A DNA stretch of 63,551 bases, filler included, from Rhabdomonas costata (taxonomy: Eukaryota): the NCBI GenBank assembly GCA_019059605.1. It is 22 parts of 22 records of this genome, joined end to end, with 100 filler letters (N's around TTAATTAATTAA, not from the genome) between each part and the next. Parts side by side here need not be neighbours in the genome. Positions count along the whole stretch, not along the records: positions 49,217 to 52,009 come from JAHMHO010002054.1; positions 52,110 to 54,889 come from JAHMHO010002055.1; positions 54,990 to 57,773 come from JAHMHO010002056.1; positions 57,874 to 60,664 come from JAHMHO010002057.1; positions 60,765 to 63,551 come from JAHMHO010002058.1; 17 more parts are not named here. One strand, 5' to 3'. Every line of letters begins with the position of its first letter. Within the stretch, counting starts at the first letter, position 1. Under the pieces are notes generated by a model that saw nothing but the letters and a program-made list of their open reading frames with translations, had not been told where the DNA came from and made no database searches. The translations under genes were made by a program, and so were the position numbers. Positions 51,081 through 63,208 of the stretch are shown in pieces.

Positions 51081-52774
51081 GCACACACAGTTAATTCATC
51101 TAGGATCGGTCTGGGTGACCTCCGCTTGTCACCTCTTGCTACCTTGGGGTTCGGTCAGCGTCAACACCAGCAGTAGGATGCCCTTCGACTCCCTTCGACT
51201 CCACCTCCTATGCTTCAATTTGCGTTGTCGCTAGCCCGGCACGGCGTGTTGGATGGTAAGCGGACTACTACTACCACCGGCCGCAAAGCGTAGGGTTGGC
51301 ATATCCAAGTCGTGAAACCAAGCAAAAAACCCGTAAAGACTCCGCTAAGACCCTTCTTGGGGCCGTTTTGTGTGTTGTTCAGTCCGCCCATTCCTTTCCA
51401 CGCTCGCCGCCTGATTTGTTCAGGTTGTGATCGTTGCTTGGGTCGGTTGCGCCTGACCCAAAACGACGATTTTGGGCCCGAAGAAGATCGGGGATAGATG
51501 CGCGACCACCGCAAACCTGCAAAATGGAAGGTTGGGTTTGGAAAGCCATTTCAAATGGCACGCACTCTATCCGCCGAGCCTCGGACGTGCCACTAACTTC
51601 TTGCTGGTGGAAGGGGGCGTGAACACCCCGAATGGAAGTGAGCATTTCCCTATCCGGGTTTGTCTTCCTCTTTTCGTGCGCCGCGATCTGTCCCCGCCAC
51701 TTAATCTTTTGTTTTGGACTTGGGCCATTCATGCATTTAGAACCACCGCTGTGAAACCGACGTCGCGGCCCCGTAAAGGAAATCACCGTCAAATTGGGCA
51801 TTTGAAATGGGCAAACCAGCTGACTGGAAGACCAAGGCCAGAAAAGGACGCCATGGACTTCGGACTTTGCCCGCCCCGGGCCGTTGGTTGTTGCACCCAG
51901 GTTCAAGCGAAAGAAAATGACGCGACTTGCGCGCGAGAACGGAAACGAACCACTGTTTCCATCTTTATGCGCCTGCCGCCCCCGAAATCATGCCTGCTCA
52001 ACCCAAAAANNNNNNNNNNNNNNNNNNNNNNNNNNNNNNNNNNNNNNNNNNNNTTAATTAATTAANNNNNNNNNNNNNNNNNNNNNNNNNNNNNNNNNNN
52101 NNNNNNNNNAGAATGGGGGGGCGCGTGTCTGAGCGCCACCATGGATTGGGCAAAAAAGGTTTCATGTTATGAAAATGTTGCTGTTTTCAAACAACCTTCT
52201 ACCCAGAAACCCCGATTTTCAGGCACCCAGGAGAAATTTCAAGCGCATGGTACAAAGACATCTTTTTTTTTTTCAGGAGTCAGCAGCGGCAAAAGTTGAA
52301 GCACAAGCGCGCGTGTCATGAGACATTAGGCTCTATCAACCAGCCGGCTGAGAATACAAGCTGGGCTTCATTGTTACAGTGGGGTTCCCCTGGTGAACCA
52401 AAGCGGATCCTAGGAGACCCAGCAGAACAGCATAAATCGTTGCTGGCAGACCGGCGTGCCGGTGGCCGGACGGTGCGCCAGCCTACAGTCCTTGTCAGCA
52501 CGCAGGCCTGCAAAGGGAAAAGGCCCAAAAATACCTCTAGCGTGGCTTTTTTGGGCCACTGCAAGCACGAAGGACTCCAGGGCCGCATCCTTCAAGATGC
52601 TAAGCCGGCCCCGCCAAAAGCTCAGGCTCAGCATGCAAATGGCCAAAAAGTGCACCCGGAGCCCTTGAAATTTTGTCAAAGCCGAAACTGCTCTTAAAAG
52701 GGCTCCCGGCGCAGAGAAGGATGCCAAGGACAGGAAGCGGCAAACCAACTCATCTCAGGAGTTCTACCGTACCA

Positions 52775-53520
52775 CTAAATATGAGTCAATGTTAGGTTTC
52801 CGGTCCGGATTGACCGGGGCGGATGCCACCCGGCGAATAGGGCGAGGTTTTGGGCCAAAGTAAGTGGTCCTACCTTCCGATGGGTTCCCCGGTCCCCGAC
52901 GATTGGTGAGGTTCGGCGGACGAGGCTAGATCCACCCAACCGGTAGAACCCAGAACAGCGATAAGAGAAAGAACCGTGGAGAAAGGGGGTGGTAAAAGGC
53001 CTGCTTGGGCATGGACTCAGAATCGGGCACTTTAAGTGGGAGAAAGGGAACAGGAATGAACGGCGAGACCTGCCAGAAGGTGTAGGCACAAAGGCCCGAC
53101 CAAGAGACTCCCCGCCACCCTTTGCCAAGAGGCCTTCACGACCCAAAGGCGCATCCTTTACCAACTCTTGGTCTGCAAAGTTGTGCCCCCAGAGGTCCCT
53201 AGATTTACGCCAAAGCGGCTTGGTAAGTCGAAAAGTGGTTGGCACACCCGCCCCCGTTTCAGAAAGGCGACGCCCGCAGAAAGCACCACCAGAGCGACCC
53301 CCATGCGAACTGAAGAGGCATCCACCCCGTTCGTTCTAGGAGCCAAGACACCGAGGCAAGCCGAGGCAAGCAAGGTCGGGATACGACCCCCGGCGAGGTA
53401 GGAAAAATGTTGGATTTGCCGCAGCAAAGTTGGAGTTTGACACCCGGCTAACCCGGTTTTGCGCTGGGAAATAACCCCGTCAACCTTAGAAAAAAGACGC
53501 CAAACAACGGGCACGTGGGA
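52775..53520 (-). mobile_element. Decayed tyrosine recombinase (DIRS/VIPER/TATE- or Crypton-like)
   Basis: FCGRRLSETG (box I, GxRxSE), SGFYRLGGSS (cf. HSFRxGGAS) and LALFAGW..RSIRT (cf. GxW.S) occur in one frame in the expected order. The catalytic His and Tyr are not preserved. Confidence 0.5.
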
Positions 53521-54337
53521 ACCGCGGTCATCCCAGAACGCTCCGTCTCCTTAGCCGGGGCGGGGTCTGAACCCCCGACCGATCGACCGACGTACTGTGC
53601 AAAATGGGTGGGGTTTTCATCGAAATCGAATGCATGACCGGATCTTAAACCAAGTAAACAGGCAACCGCCCAAGGCACAAACCTTACAGCACACCTTACT
53701 ATGCCGTGTCAAAGGGCGATTCGACAATAATTGTAACCTCTGGTGCGTTTTCTTCTTGCGCTTTGCCGATGGCGTTGCCAGCTTTTTTCTGAGCTTCCTC
53801 TGCCCGCGTGGTTTACATGCTTTTTCCTGAAAATCGGGGTTTCTGGGTAGAAGGTTGTTTGAAAACAGCAACATTTTCATAACATGAAACCTTTTTTGCC
53901 CAATCCATGGTGGCGCTCAGACACGCGCCCCCCCATACTCCCAGACGGGCATTTGTTCCGGCCAGTCAAAGCACAAATCGTAACTTGCGGAAGGCAACTT
54001 CTGCCCATCTGCTATGATTGAACGATACTACTATGATAAAATCGGCCTTTCCTTCCTTGTTGTTCAAAAAAGTACCGTCCACTCAGCAAACCGGAAAGAA
54101 GTCCAAAACCAACCCACCAGAATCTGTAACAACTCAGCATTTGTCCGGTATTTTCTCTGCACACTCCTCTCCACACTCTGCCATGGCGCCGCCGTTGACT
54201 CTGGGCGCCCGCAGAGTAAGCCTCCACACTTGCGGTGCCAGCCGGCCGGACGTAACGGCCCTCCCCTTCGGTGCAGTCGGGTCTGGAAGTACGCTGCCAG
54301 CAGGGTTCGCGATGGGGGGCCCATCCCCGCCCCACAC

Positions 54338-54517
54338 CCGCTCGCAAACAAAGTGCCGGTGGAGCTTTGGGAAGCACCGCCGGTGAGTGCGGTTGAACCG
54401 CTTCACGTATCCCAGAAAGATGACTGTCCGCTCGTGGGCTAACCGCAGCAGAGTTCTCAGAAGTGGCTCCACGAGGTGCTCCCAGTAGATCACGTCAGAG
54501 GCCAGGATGACGTCGTA
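54338..54517 (-). CDS. Family-16 (METTL21-like) lysine methyltransferase exon
   Basis: YDVILASDVIYWEHLVEPLLRTL contains the D.ILASDxxY signature, and a GTGTGG donor follows CER. Confidence 0.8.
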
Positions 54518-54989
54518 CTTCGCCGGGGCGGAAAGCGGGGGGTGGGGGACGCAGTTGCAGCGTTGCAGCGAGCAGTCTCAAGCTAAATGTCATTCTCTTT
54601 GACGTTAGATAAAATGGTGCAAAGTACAGCATTTTTCCTGGACAAATTGAACAAACAAGTTTTCTCCATGTAATTCCTTCCCTGAGACATATCACATCTT
54701 ATTCGCTGTTCCGTCTGCTGGAACACTGAGCGTCAAAAGGTTCTATTTTGTTCACATACAGTTAAACAATTCCTTTTTAACGCTGCACCCCGATGCACAA
54801 TGCGAAAAGCTGGTTCAGTTTCATTTGATTCCCAGCCAGCACTGAAAGAAAACGAACGCTATTGAAAAAGCCAAAGCTAACACCAACCANNNNNNNNNNN
54901 NNNNNNNNNNNNNNNNNNNNNNNNNNNNNNNNNTTAATTAATTAANNNNNNNNNNNNNNNNNNNNNNNNNNNNNNNNNNNNNNNNNNNN

Positions 54990-56050
54990 TTTGTTTGTTC
55001 AGTTGCGTTGCTGAGACAATGTTTCGCAAATTTGATCCCAGGACTTACCACAAAACACAGTGGCAACTACAATATGTCCATCACTACATCAATGGAAACT
55101 ACGTATACGTGGAGAAGAAATCTCTGAATTGGCAGTTGCGCATGTCACTTAATTTTTCTTGATATTTTGATACACATCTCCGGTACTCGGTAAATAATAT
55201 TAGATTAGCCAGGATGTAATGCAACCACTCAACCTGATTAACAGTTGTAAACCAGAGTTTAAGAGATCCACCTGGTCCACTTTGGAAGGCCCTGGCTTTT
55301 GATACCGTTGCAGATCACGTGGTTTGGCCGAGTCGATATTGTTCCTACATCAACAAACTGCAAATAAACGTCCCAAAAATAGACTATACACCTCAGCCCC
55401 CTCGATTCAGTAGCATGAAATGTTTGAAATATACGCGGAAATTGGCATTAAAATGACCATTCCCTTTATTTGTTAGAGCAAACGACAGCCATATTATCTA
55501 ATCTTTAAAATCTAAACAAACCTTCGTACTGATGGTATATGATAGTAAATGGAACCTACGTTTTAGGTAAACACGAGGCCACCTTTGGTTTCAAAAATGG
55601 CCGTGTTGACCGTTTTTTGAGCATAAGACACTAGTTGCAATGCACCACCGCGGTAAGCCTTTCGCGCAGTGGACGCCCAACAAAGCCCCGATCCACTAAT
55701 ATAAAAATTCAAAGTTTTTCGGAAGTGCTTAATAACTTGAACTAGGGCTTCATTTGCCACTAAAGTGTTAACTTAGGAGCTGTATTGGCTTTTTGGCGGC
55801 GCCCATGAGTCTTGGGTCGGTCTGGCATTGTTCATGTGGTGAACCGTACCTTGCTACTGGTTGCCTTCTAAATGTTCCGGTGTCCCCTGGCCAATTATCG
55901 TATCATTGACATCGTTTTATCATGTCGATCCAACCTTCTCCAAAACGGGGCAGTGATCCACATTTCTCTTGGCTAGTGGGTTTAGTTGTGCGGTAGAAAC
56001 TCCAAAATGTTACCCTTTTACACAGAAACCACACTGCTACAACAAAGTTT
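54990..56050 (-). mobile_element. Older, AT-richer copy of the same Penelope-like RT family
   Basis: FYRTTKPT (cf. NYRIWKPT) and ANEALVQVIKH (cf. AHKALVRIL*H). GCRLL*QIKGMVILMPISAYISNISCY*IEGAEVYSLFLGRLFAVC*CRNNIDSA aligns without gaps to GCSFLRKIKGMPMGMPYAPQIASLAYHHVEKAQAYRIGTGMFPAV*HYIDDIYSA. Confidence 0.75.
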
Positions 56051-57983
56051 TGTGCAAGCTGTCCGTTTCCGTTTTGGCATGGCAGGATCTTTTTTCGGTT
56101 CCTTTCTATGTGTCCCTCTTGTTGTAAATCGCGTTTTGCCCAGACTTGATCACATGCAAAATCCGGAAGTGTTATCGCAGCAACAGCACCACAGCCCCAG
56201 GGGCTCAAGCGATAGGACGTTCATGCCGCAGTAAATTTTTTTTGCGCAAAAACATCGGACACAGAAGCGAAGGAAGGACACCGCGGCAATAGATTTTTGG
56301 GGCCAAAGACCGGTTGGGAGGGCGCCCGGGAAAACATTACAGTAAACTGGGCGGTCCTTCAACGCCAGAAAAAGCAACTTTAAAATAAAGCCGTTTACCC
56401 TCGCAATGTGGTTTTAAACCTATCATACTGGACACAGGGCCCGGTCGGTTACGGTAAAAACAACGTTCGAACAAACCCGTTTTTTAATGGGATGAGGGGC
56501 CCGTTTAAACGGAAGAACAGGAGACGGTACGGCATCATTAACGGACGTTTCGTGGGCCACAGCCTTTTGCAATCGGAATCTCCCGGATTTCTTTTGCAAA
56601 TTCCTCTTGTTTTCATGAACTGCTGCGGTGTGGGCTCCGCAAAAATGCTGCTTAAAAAGGCCGGTCATTGGGTTTTGGATCTTGTTTAGGCGGCGACAGG
56701 TTCCGAGAAAAACAGCAGTAAAAAGACTGTGTGAAAAGTTTTAAAACGCCCCTTTGCCAACGGGAAAAAAAAAGGAATGAAAGCTATTTGTTGGTGGGAA
56801 AGAAACTCCGATAAAACCAGGGCTGGGAAACAAATGAATCCTCGATAAGTTTTCAAGGAACGCTTTGCAAAACATATGAGAAACAAATGAGAAAATACTC
56901 GTTCTATTCGTCATATTACGTTGCTAGCACCTCTTTTCTTACATTTCTAATTGGGACAAACGGAATGCAAAAAAAACGGTGATGAAACACATCAAAGAAA
57001 AGCAAATAAAGCAAGACTGTTCACAATGAAAAAGTCAAATGCGTACAGAAGAAGTTGCTTTTGCCTAATCGGCCAGAGAAGTCCGATCGGCATTTCGTTT
57101 CCTGGTAGGGTTTCCGCGCCCTGATACTTGAAGGCTCATGGCGCGTAATGATTTCTCTCTTAAATGTTCTTCTCTCTCGGACAAGGACTTAATGGCACCT
57201 TCGGGTACGAAGGGGTCCGGCTTGTAACTGAAATCTAAGTGGGATCCTCCTGTATGGGTCAATTCGGAACGTACCACGATGCCACAGACAACGCTTAGAT
57301 AAGCCGCTATATCTGCCCTGCTTGGCCACTGGCCAACTCTGCATGCGCTAAATTGCAGGAGTCATGTATAATAGGAACTGTTCATCGCCCCCTGCTGGGG
57401 CAAGGTCAGGGAAGCAGTCAACGGAGCTCCGTGTCAGGACATCCTGAACGTTATTCCAAGGAACCTGCGCCACCCTCTACCCTCCCTACAGTCTTCTGCA
57501 CGGGAAAAGAAAGAGCGCGTAACCCTCCGACCCCTTGCACACCTATTCAACCCTCCAAACTGGTGTTGAATAGTGATCCCTATTCAGCTGAGTGGTGAGT
57601 GATTCCACCCTGGATAGTGGATATGTGGGGTCCCTATCTGTTGCAGGACTGTCCTATCTGTTGCAGGACAAGCCTGGAGGAACCGAATATCGGGTCCAAA
57701 AGTTGGCAACACCCTCCAGCAAGAACAGTAAGATGAGCACACAAAAATCACAAAGCACACCACCCACCCAACCNNNNNNNNNNNNNNNNNNNNNNNNNNN
57801 NNNNNNNNNNNNNNNNNTTAATTAATTAANNNNNNNNNNNNNNNNNNNNNNNNNNNNNNNNNNNNNNNNNNNNTTTTGGTTTTCTTTCTTCCGTTGGAAC
57901 TGATGCTGGCATTGCGCTGATTCATGAAGAAATAAGTATTTTATTGAATGGATAGCGCTGCCTGTAATGTTCCTCGCTTTCAG

Positions 57984-58591
57984 CTGCGGTGGCGAAGAAG
58001 GCACCGCAAGCCCAACAGGCAGGTAGCTCAGCTCGAGCTGCAGCGGAGGAAGGCAGTGATGTGGAGAACGGGACAGAGCTGGTGGACGAGGACGATCGCC
58101 TCTCTGACTGGACCCTCCCCGCCGAGGCTCCCAAAGAATACGACACTTCCGCAGACGAGACTGACCCGGTGCAGCTGTGGCGGCGCCTGGAGCTTCCGTC
58201 AGGCAGTGTTTTGGACACCGACCTCACGAAGTGCGCCAACCCCGTACAACCGCGCAGCCAAAGGAAGAACGAGCTGTCCTATTTGGGCGATCAGGAGGTT
58301 GAGGGCGATCAGGAGGCGGCTTGCGAAGACGTTGGGTGCGAGACTGATGGCAACGAGAGCTCGGCGAGTTCGTGCCCGCTGTCTGCATTGCGCAGTGAGG
58401 GTGATATGGCCAGCTATAGCGTCTCCAGAAACGAGAAATCGTCCGCAGCCGTGAGTCAGCCCAAGCCCAAGGCTTTGAAGGCCAGGCCTGAGACAACGTA
58501 CACGAAGACTCAACAGCTTTGGCGGGCCTACCTGGAGGAGCGGAAGGATGTCGCCGAGGAGGTGCAGCAGGCCAGACTGAGCGCTGACAGG
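57984..58591 (+). CDS. Acidic, low-complexity internal exon of an unidentified protein
   Basis: About 200 open codons with coding-like GC3 bias between a tttcag acceptor and a probable ag|gttttc donor. Confidence 0.6.
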
Positions 58592-60187
58592 TTTTCGTTG
58601 TGTTTTTCGAGAAAAAAATTGACTCTCGTTTGAGCCGAAACCCCAAAGCCAACCGATGAATGGCGAATTAACGATTCGGCTTGCTTGATTGTTGTCGCGT
58701 CAGGGGGGACCCTCGTAACGGCGTGATGGCAATGGGAAGGGATCCTGACGTCTGTGTCCCATTCCGTCAGAGGCCGCGACTTGGCTGCACGTTGGGAAGC
58801 GAGCGCTTTTTTTTTGAACACACGATGAAGTTGTATTTTCCGGTAGCTCTCGCTCGTGCGTTTTACCTCGTTTTCTACTAGACTGGCATCTTTCCCTGTG
58901 TTTTTTTTTTTGCGGTATGCGCGGTTCACCTGGTAGCCATCTAGGTTAATCGGTGGGTTTGCCCTGTTTTCTTTTTAAACACTTAGCAAAAACAAGGGGG
59001 AGAGAGAGAGAGAGAGAAATTTCCCCCTTCCTTTGGGTGACTCAGGTTCACGGAAAAGCAAGATTTCCTGGCCAAGGCGAACTATCAGCAATGGCTGCAA
59101 GAGGTGGAGTTGAAGAGGCAGATTTACGAGAAGCAAAGATTGAAGCAGATGCAGTCAGGGAACCACTGATTATGCTTGCCCGCTCTACTTGATTGGCTGT
59201 CTATGCAGCTCGTTAATGAATGGCCGATTCCTGGAAACAGTTCCGCGGCCGGGCCGCCGGCATCACAGGTGTCGCAGGCCGGACTGGGCGTGCCGGAGTG
59301 ACTCCCTGCACAACTGTACCGGGATAGCACTTTCCATTGTGGTTTTTGGCCAAGGGCGGGTGCCTTGGTGAGCGGCTTTTGCAGTGCTTGGAGGTCTGCT
59401 GCCCTTGCCCCCACACCCCGTCCAGACTGCTCCAACACCACTGCTCAGCTCGGATGACGTTTGGGAATTTCTTTCTTCGTTTTTTGTTCCCACAGAATTT
59501 CAGCAATGTCCAGAGGTTCGTTCAGCTGACGATGCGGGGAAAAACACGGGAATAAGAGCGGTAACAACAAAACCCTGAAAACATTCGCTTTCTCGACAAA
59601 CGAGGGCAAACAAAGCAGGTGGGAAGGGGTGGGGGGCGCTGAGTGAAGCGGTCGAAACGCAGCAGTGGAGAACTGCAGCAAGGGAACCGTTGCAGATTCG
59701 GGAAGTGCAGCTGGATCTCGAGATCTGCGAGTATTCCACATGTGGTGATCGTCCTGTACTTTGCGAGCGAGGGAGAGGGGGTGGAGGCAGGAATGATTGT
59801 GCGGGCGATGGCGAAATGGAATGGAACATTACCCATGTCAAAAGCACGTGAATGTTGTTGGTTGTCAACTGATTGAGAATCTCAGGCTCCGGCCACCATC
59901 AGTGAAAATTGAATATGAGGGGTGAATGTTTAACTTGTGCACGATTTTTGTCGCAGAAATACAAAAAAATTAAAGAGAGATGCAAAGGTTGAGGCAGCGC
60001 AGCTCTCTCGTTGTGCATGAAGCTCACCTTGTGTCTGGGGCCTTTCGAAGGCCTTTGTGTTCAAGCATCCTATTGTGCACCACTTTTCCCCACTGTTTTT
60101 TTTTACCTTGGACATCAGTAATTGCCGTGTAGACTGGCCAGCTCTTCGTTTAGCGCGGGCGCTGCCGCCACCGCCTCTCGGGATCTG

Positions 60188-60403
60188 ATGATCGACAACC
60201 AGAGCAGCAGCAGCTGCGATGGCCCCTCGGCATCAGACATCTCAAAGATTACCCACGAGAAGGCCTCTGTGGCGAAAAACTACCTGGAGAGCCACTACCA
60301 CAACATCCTTCGCGGGCGCTCCGGCCCCACACGGGTGCAGAAGCAGCTCACCATCGCTGACTTCGAGCTTTTCACGCTGATCGGCAAAGGAGCCTTCGGG
60401 GAG
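60188..60403 (+). CDS. NDR/LATS-family AGC kinase, first exon
   Basis: THEKASVAKNYLESHY (NDR N-terminal regulatory helix), then LTIADFELFTLIGKGAFGE followed by a GT donor. Confidence 0.85.
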
Positions 60404-61052
60404 GTTTCTCATTTTGTATCAGGCGTCCCAAGATAGTCTCAGGGGGAACTTGCTTTGCACCCCCGGAATACAACACACACGCGAGTACGTGAGTCAGCAG
60501 CAGGGGCAGACAGACCAGCCAGACCAACCAGATTCCGGACTGCAAAGCCGAGACAGTGTGCCCTCAACACCAACAAGCACTCAGCACACACACACGCACA
60601 TGCACATGCACTTGCACATGCACACAAACCCCCGGGACCCGTGGGGTACCGGCTCACCACCACANNNNNNNNNNNNNNNNNNNNNNNNNNNNNNNNNNNN
60701 NNNNNNNNTTAATTAATTAANNNNNNNNNNNNNNNNNNNNNNNNNNNNNNNNNNNNNNNNNNNNGGGTTTGGGTCGAGGTTCGTCCCGGCAGGGGCTGTG
60801 TGGGTTGTGCGGGGTTTTTTTTTGCTTGTCTGTACACAGTGTATGTGTGTGCGCACAGAACGGGATGTACACAGCATGGTTATCATGGTGGCAAAATCAG
60901 CCCACACTGCTGAAAACATGAGTGCAGAGAATCTTTATTTGACCCGTCCCTTCAGACCAAGAAACTGCGCGAGCCATTCTTCGCCGCTAGTGTGGCAATG
61001 TGATAAGTTTACACCGCGACCACCACCGCCAGCGTTTGTGTGCGCTCTCACA

Positions 61053-61742
61053 GGTGCTTGCTCTTGCGGAGGTGCTGAAGGCCACGAAGGGCTCCCTTGC
61101 CGAGGCGCAGCCCGGAGCCGGCCTGCTTCCCGGACAGCCCGAGCCCCCAGCTGATCTGCTGAGTTCACCCGACAAGGTGGAGCGGGTGGTGCGCCTCCTC
61201 AGCTTGCTCAGCTTTTCCGCCGAAGCGGCGGAGAACTTCGCGTTGCAGAGCCTGCTGGCCGTCCGGGGGTGCGTCCCGCCCCCATTCGTTCAGTGCATTC
61301 GCTGCTACACCCACCCCCACACCTTTTTACACACTTTCAGGTTGACAACTGGTAGAACCTCACCGCAACTGGCAGACAAATCAAGTGGACAATCAAACAT
61401 AACGGTTCTACGGTTGTACAAAGACCACTTCAAAAGGAGGAGGAGACACTAGCAAGAACGCAATGCCAGTTCTCGCCCAGTAACATTCTACTTTTGGCAG
61501 AAACTTCAGTCCCATCACCGCTATAATCCTGCGGATGTTCATCTCATTGTTGCTATCACTATGGTACGTTGCCCTTCTCCCTGCGACCAGGGTGAGCTTG
61601 GTGCTGCAGACCGGGACGCAGCCCCCGGTGTGCGCGGGACTGGTCGCTCTGCTGGGGTTTGTATTCGTGAAGTACGGGCAACCTGCACTGGGGTACTCAG
61701 TGGCTGCCACTGCGGTGCAACTCTCGAAGTCCCAGGACGCCC

Positions 61743-61773
<31 letters not shown>

Positions 61774-63208
61774 GAGGTCCCTTGGAGTAAACCAACCCTG
61801 CGTGACAAGACAGCGGGACAAGGTACCATTGGTCGACAAGGGTGTGAGGCCCGATGGGCCCATGCTCCATCGAAAGGTGGGAGACCAGGGGAAAGTGGAC
61901 CTCGAGTCCTCCCCAAAAAAAAACTCATCCTTGCGTGATTGTGCACGCGCGTCGGTGTGGGTGTGGGTCTGCCTCTAAGCCTGTCAAATCCTCTGCTCAC
62001 TGCTCATTCTCTCTCTGCTTCTGCAAGTTATTCAGAAATACCAAGCGCAAATCGCTGTTTTTCCACCCACTAAACACACAAACATTTGTCCTCCTTGATG
62101 CTGGCATGTCGTTTCTTACCGGGTACCCACCGGAATCCCCTTCGCCTTTTTGAAAAAGTTTTGGGCAAGATTTGGGCAGTTTGATCGTTCTGCTCTAAGG
62201 CCATGGAGCCTTAAAAGTGAACTATTTTGGGTGTAGGAGGACGATAGGAGGGGTGGTGGGCTGCACAGATTCACGGCATGACCACGATGTACTTTGGGCT
62301 GTGCCTGGCTTGGGGCGAGCCCATGTCGAATTGCGAGCCGTGGTACCTGCAGTCCAGGCTGAGCTACCAAAAGATCTTTGATGTCCGTAATTTAGGTGTG
62401 CTTCCGAAGTAATCACTGTTCGGTTCTCTTCGTCCAAAGCAACGCCGAAAGAACTGTTTCCTTGAAGGCCAATATACTTTCAACGCGACATTCCTGTGTG
62501 TTCACTGTGCAGGTTTGGCCCTGACGAAGCCTTGCTGTTTTGCTGCTGCTTTTCTTGGGTGGTGTGAAATCCGTCTAAGAAAAAGGAAGCCTGTCTCTCA
62601 ATAGAGTATTTTATGCTCAATTTCTTTCTTCGGAATGTTAAGAAAATTGTGAAAGCGGTATTACCCAGAACTTGTCAATGTCTTGCTTTTAAGTTTCAGA
62701 GGTACCCGGAAACCAGCTTCCTTCCGACGCAATTACCGAGGTAGAAAAAATACGGGGTCCAAACCCTGCGGGAGCCTTTTATTAATTGTCTGATGGATGT
62801 TTTCCCTCACACAACTGTGGACAAGCTCATGGGGTTCACTTCCCCTCTCCCCCGTGCGCTTCAAATGGACAGACCATTGAAAGCCATGCGAATAGAACCG
62901 AAAGAAAGCTGCATTGTATAGCAACATCACTTCGGTTTCGTATGACTTGGCCTGTCAGCAGATTCCGGCTGTCCGTCATGCCTTTCATATCCCACAGCGT
63001 TTTCGGCGACGAACTCCATCATGGCCCTGCTGGCTTTGGGCACGGCGCTGTCGGAGCTGCACACGCTGTACGACCACCTGACCCGGCTGACTCGCCTGGC
63101 GCACAGCCCCAGCATCGACGCCACCCTGTCCGCTCTGTACACCCTGGTCTGCACGCTACGTGCCGAGCGCAACCTCACCGCCGCGGCAGCCGCTGGGGAG
63201 GACCTTGG
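61053..63208 (+). CDS. Exons of an unidentified Leu/Ala-rich helical protein (~61053-61270, ~61591-61744, ~62998-63208)
   Basis: GC3-rich open segments bounded by cag| acceptors and GTGYG-type donors. No family recognised. Confidence 0.5.

Larger units (their letters stand above)
2799..60764. other. 21 artificial 100-nt contig spacers (N44-TTAATTAATTAA-N44), first at 2799-2898 and last at 60665-60764
   Basis: An identical spacer recurs about every 2.9 kb, and its core gives stops in all six frames. Contig lengths are 2780-2798 nt and drift downward, so no synteny can be inferred across spacers. Confidence 0.98.

Noticed and set aside
26071-56050. In-frame stops in retroelement ORFs as evidence for an alternative genetic code
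   Set aside because: All three stop types occur together with frameshifts, which is ordinary pseudogene decay.
2799-60764. Regularly spaced TTAATTAATTAA repeat as a CRISPR-like or biological array
   Set aside because: It is always embedded in fixed N runs, so it is an assembly concatenation linker.
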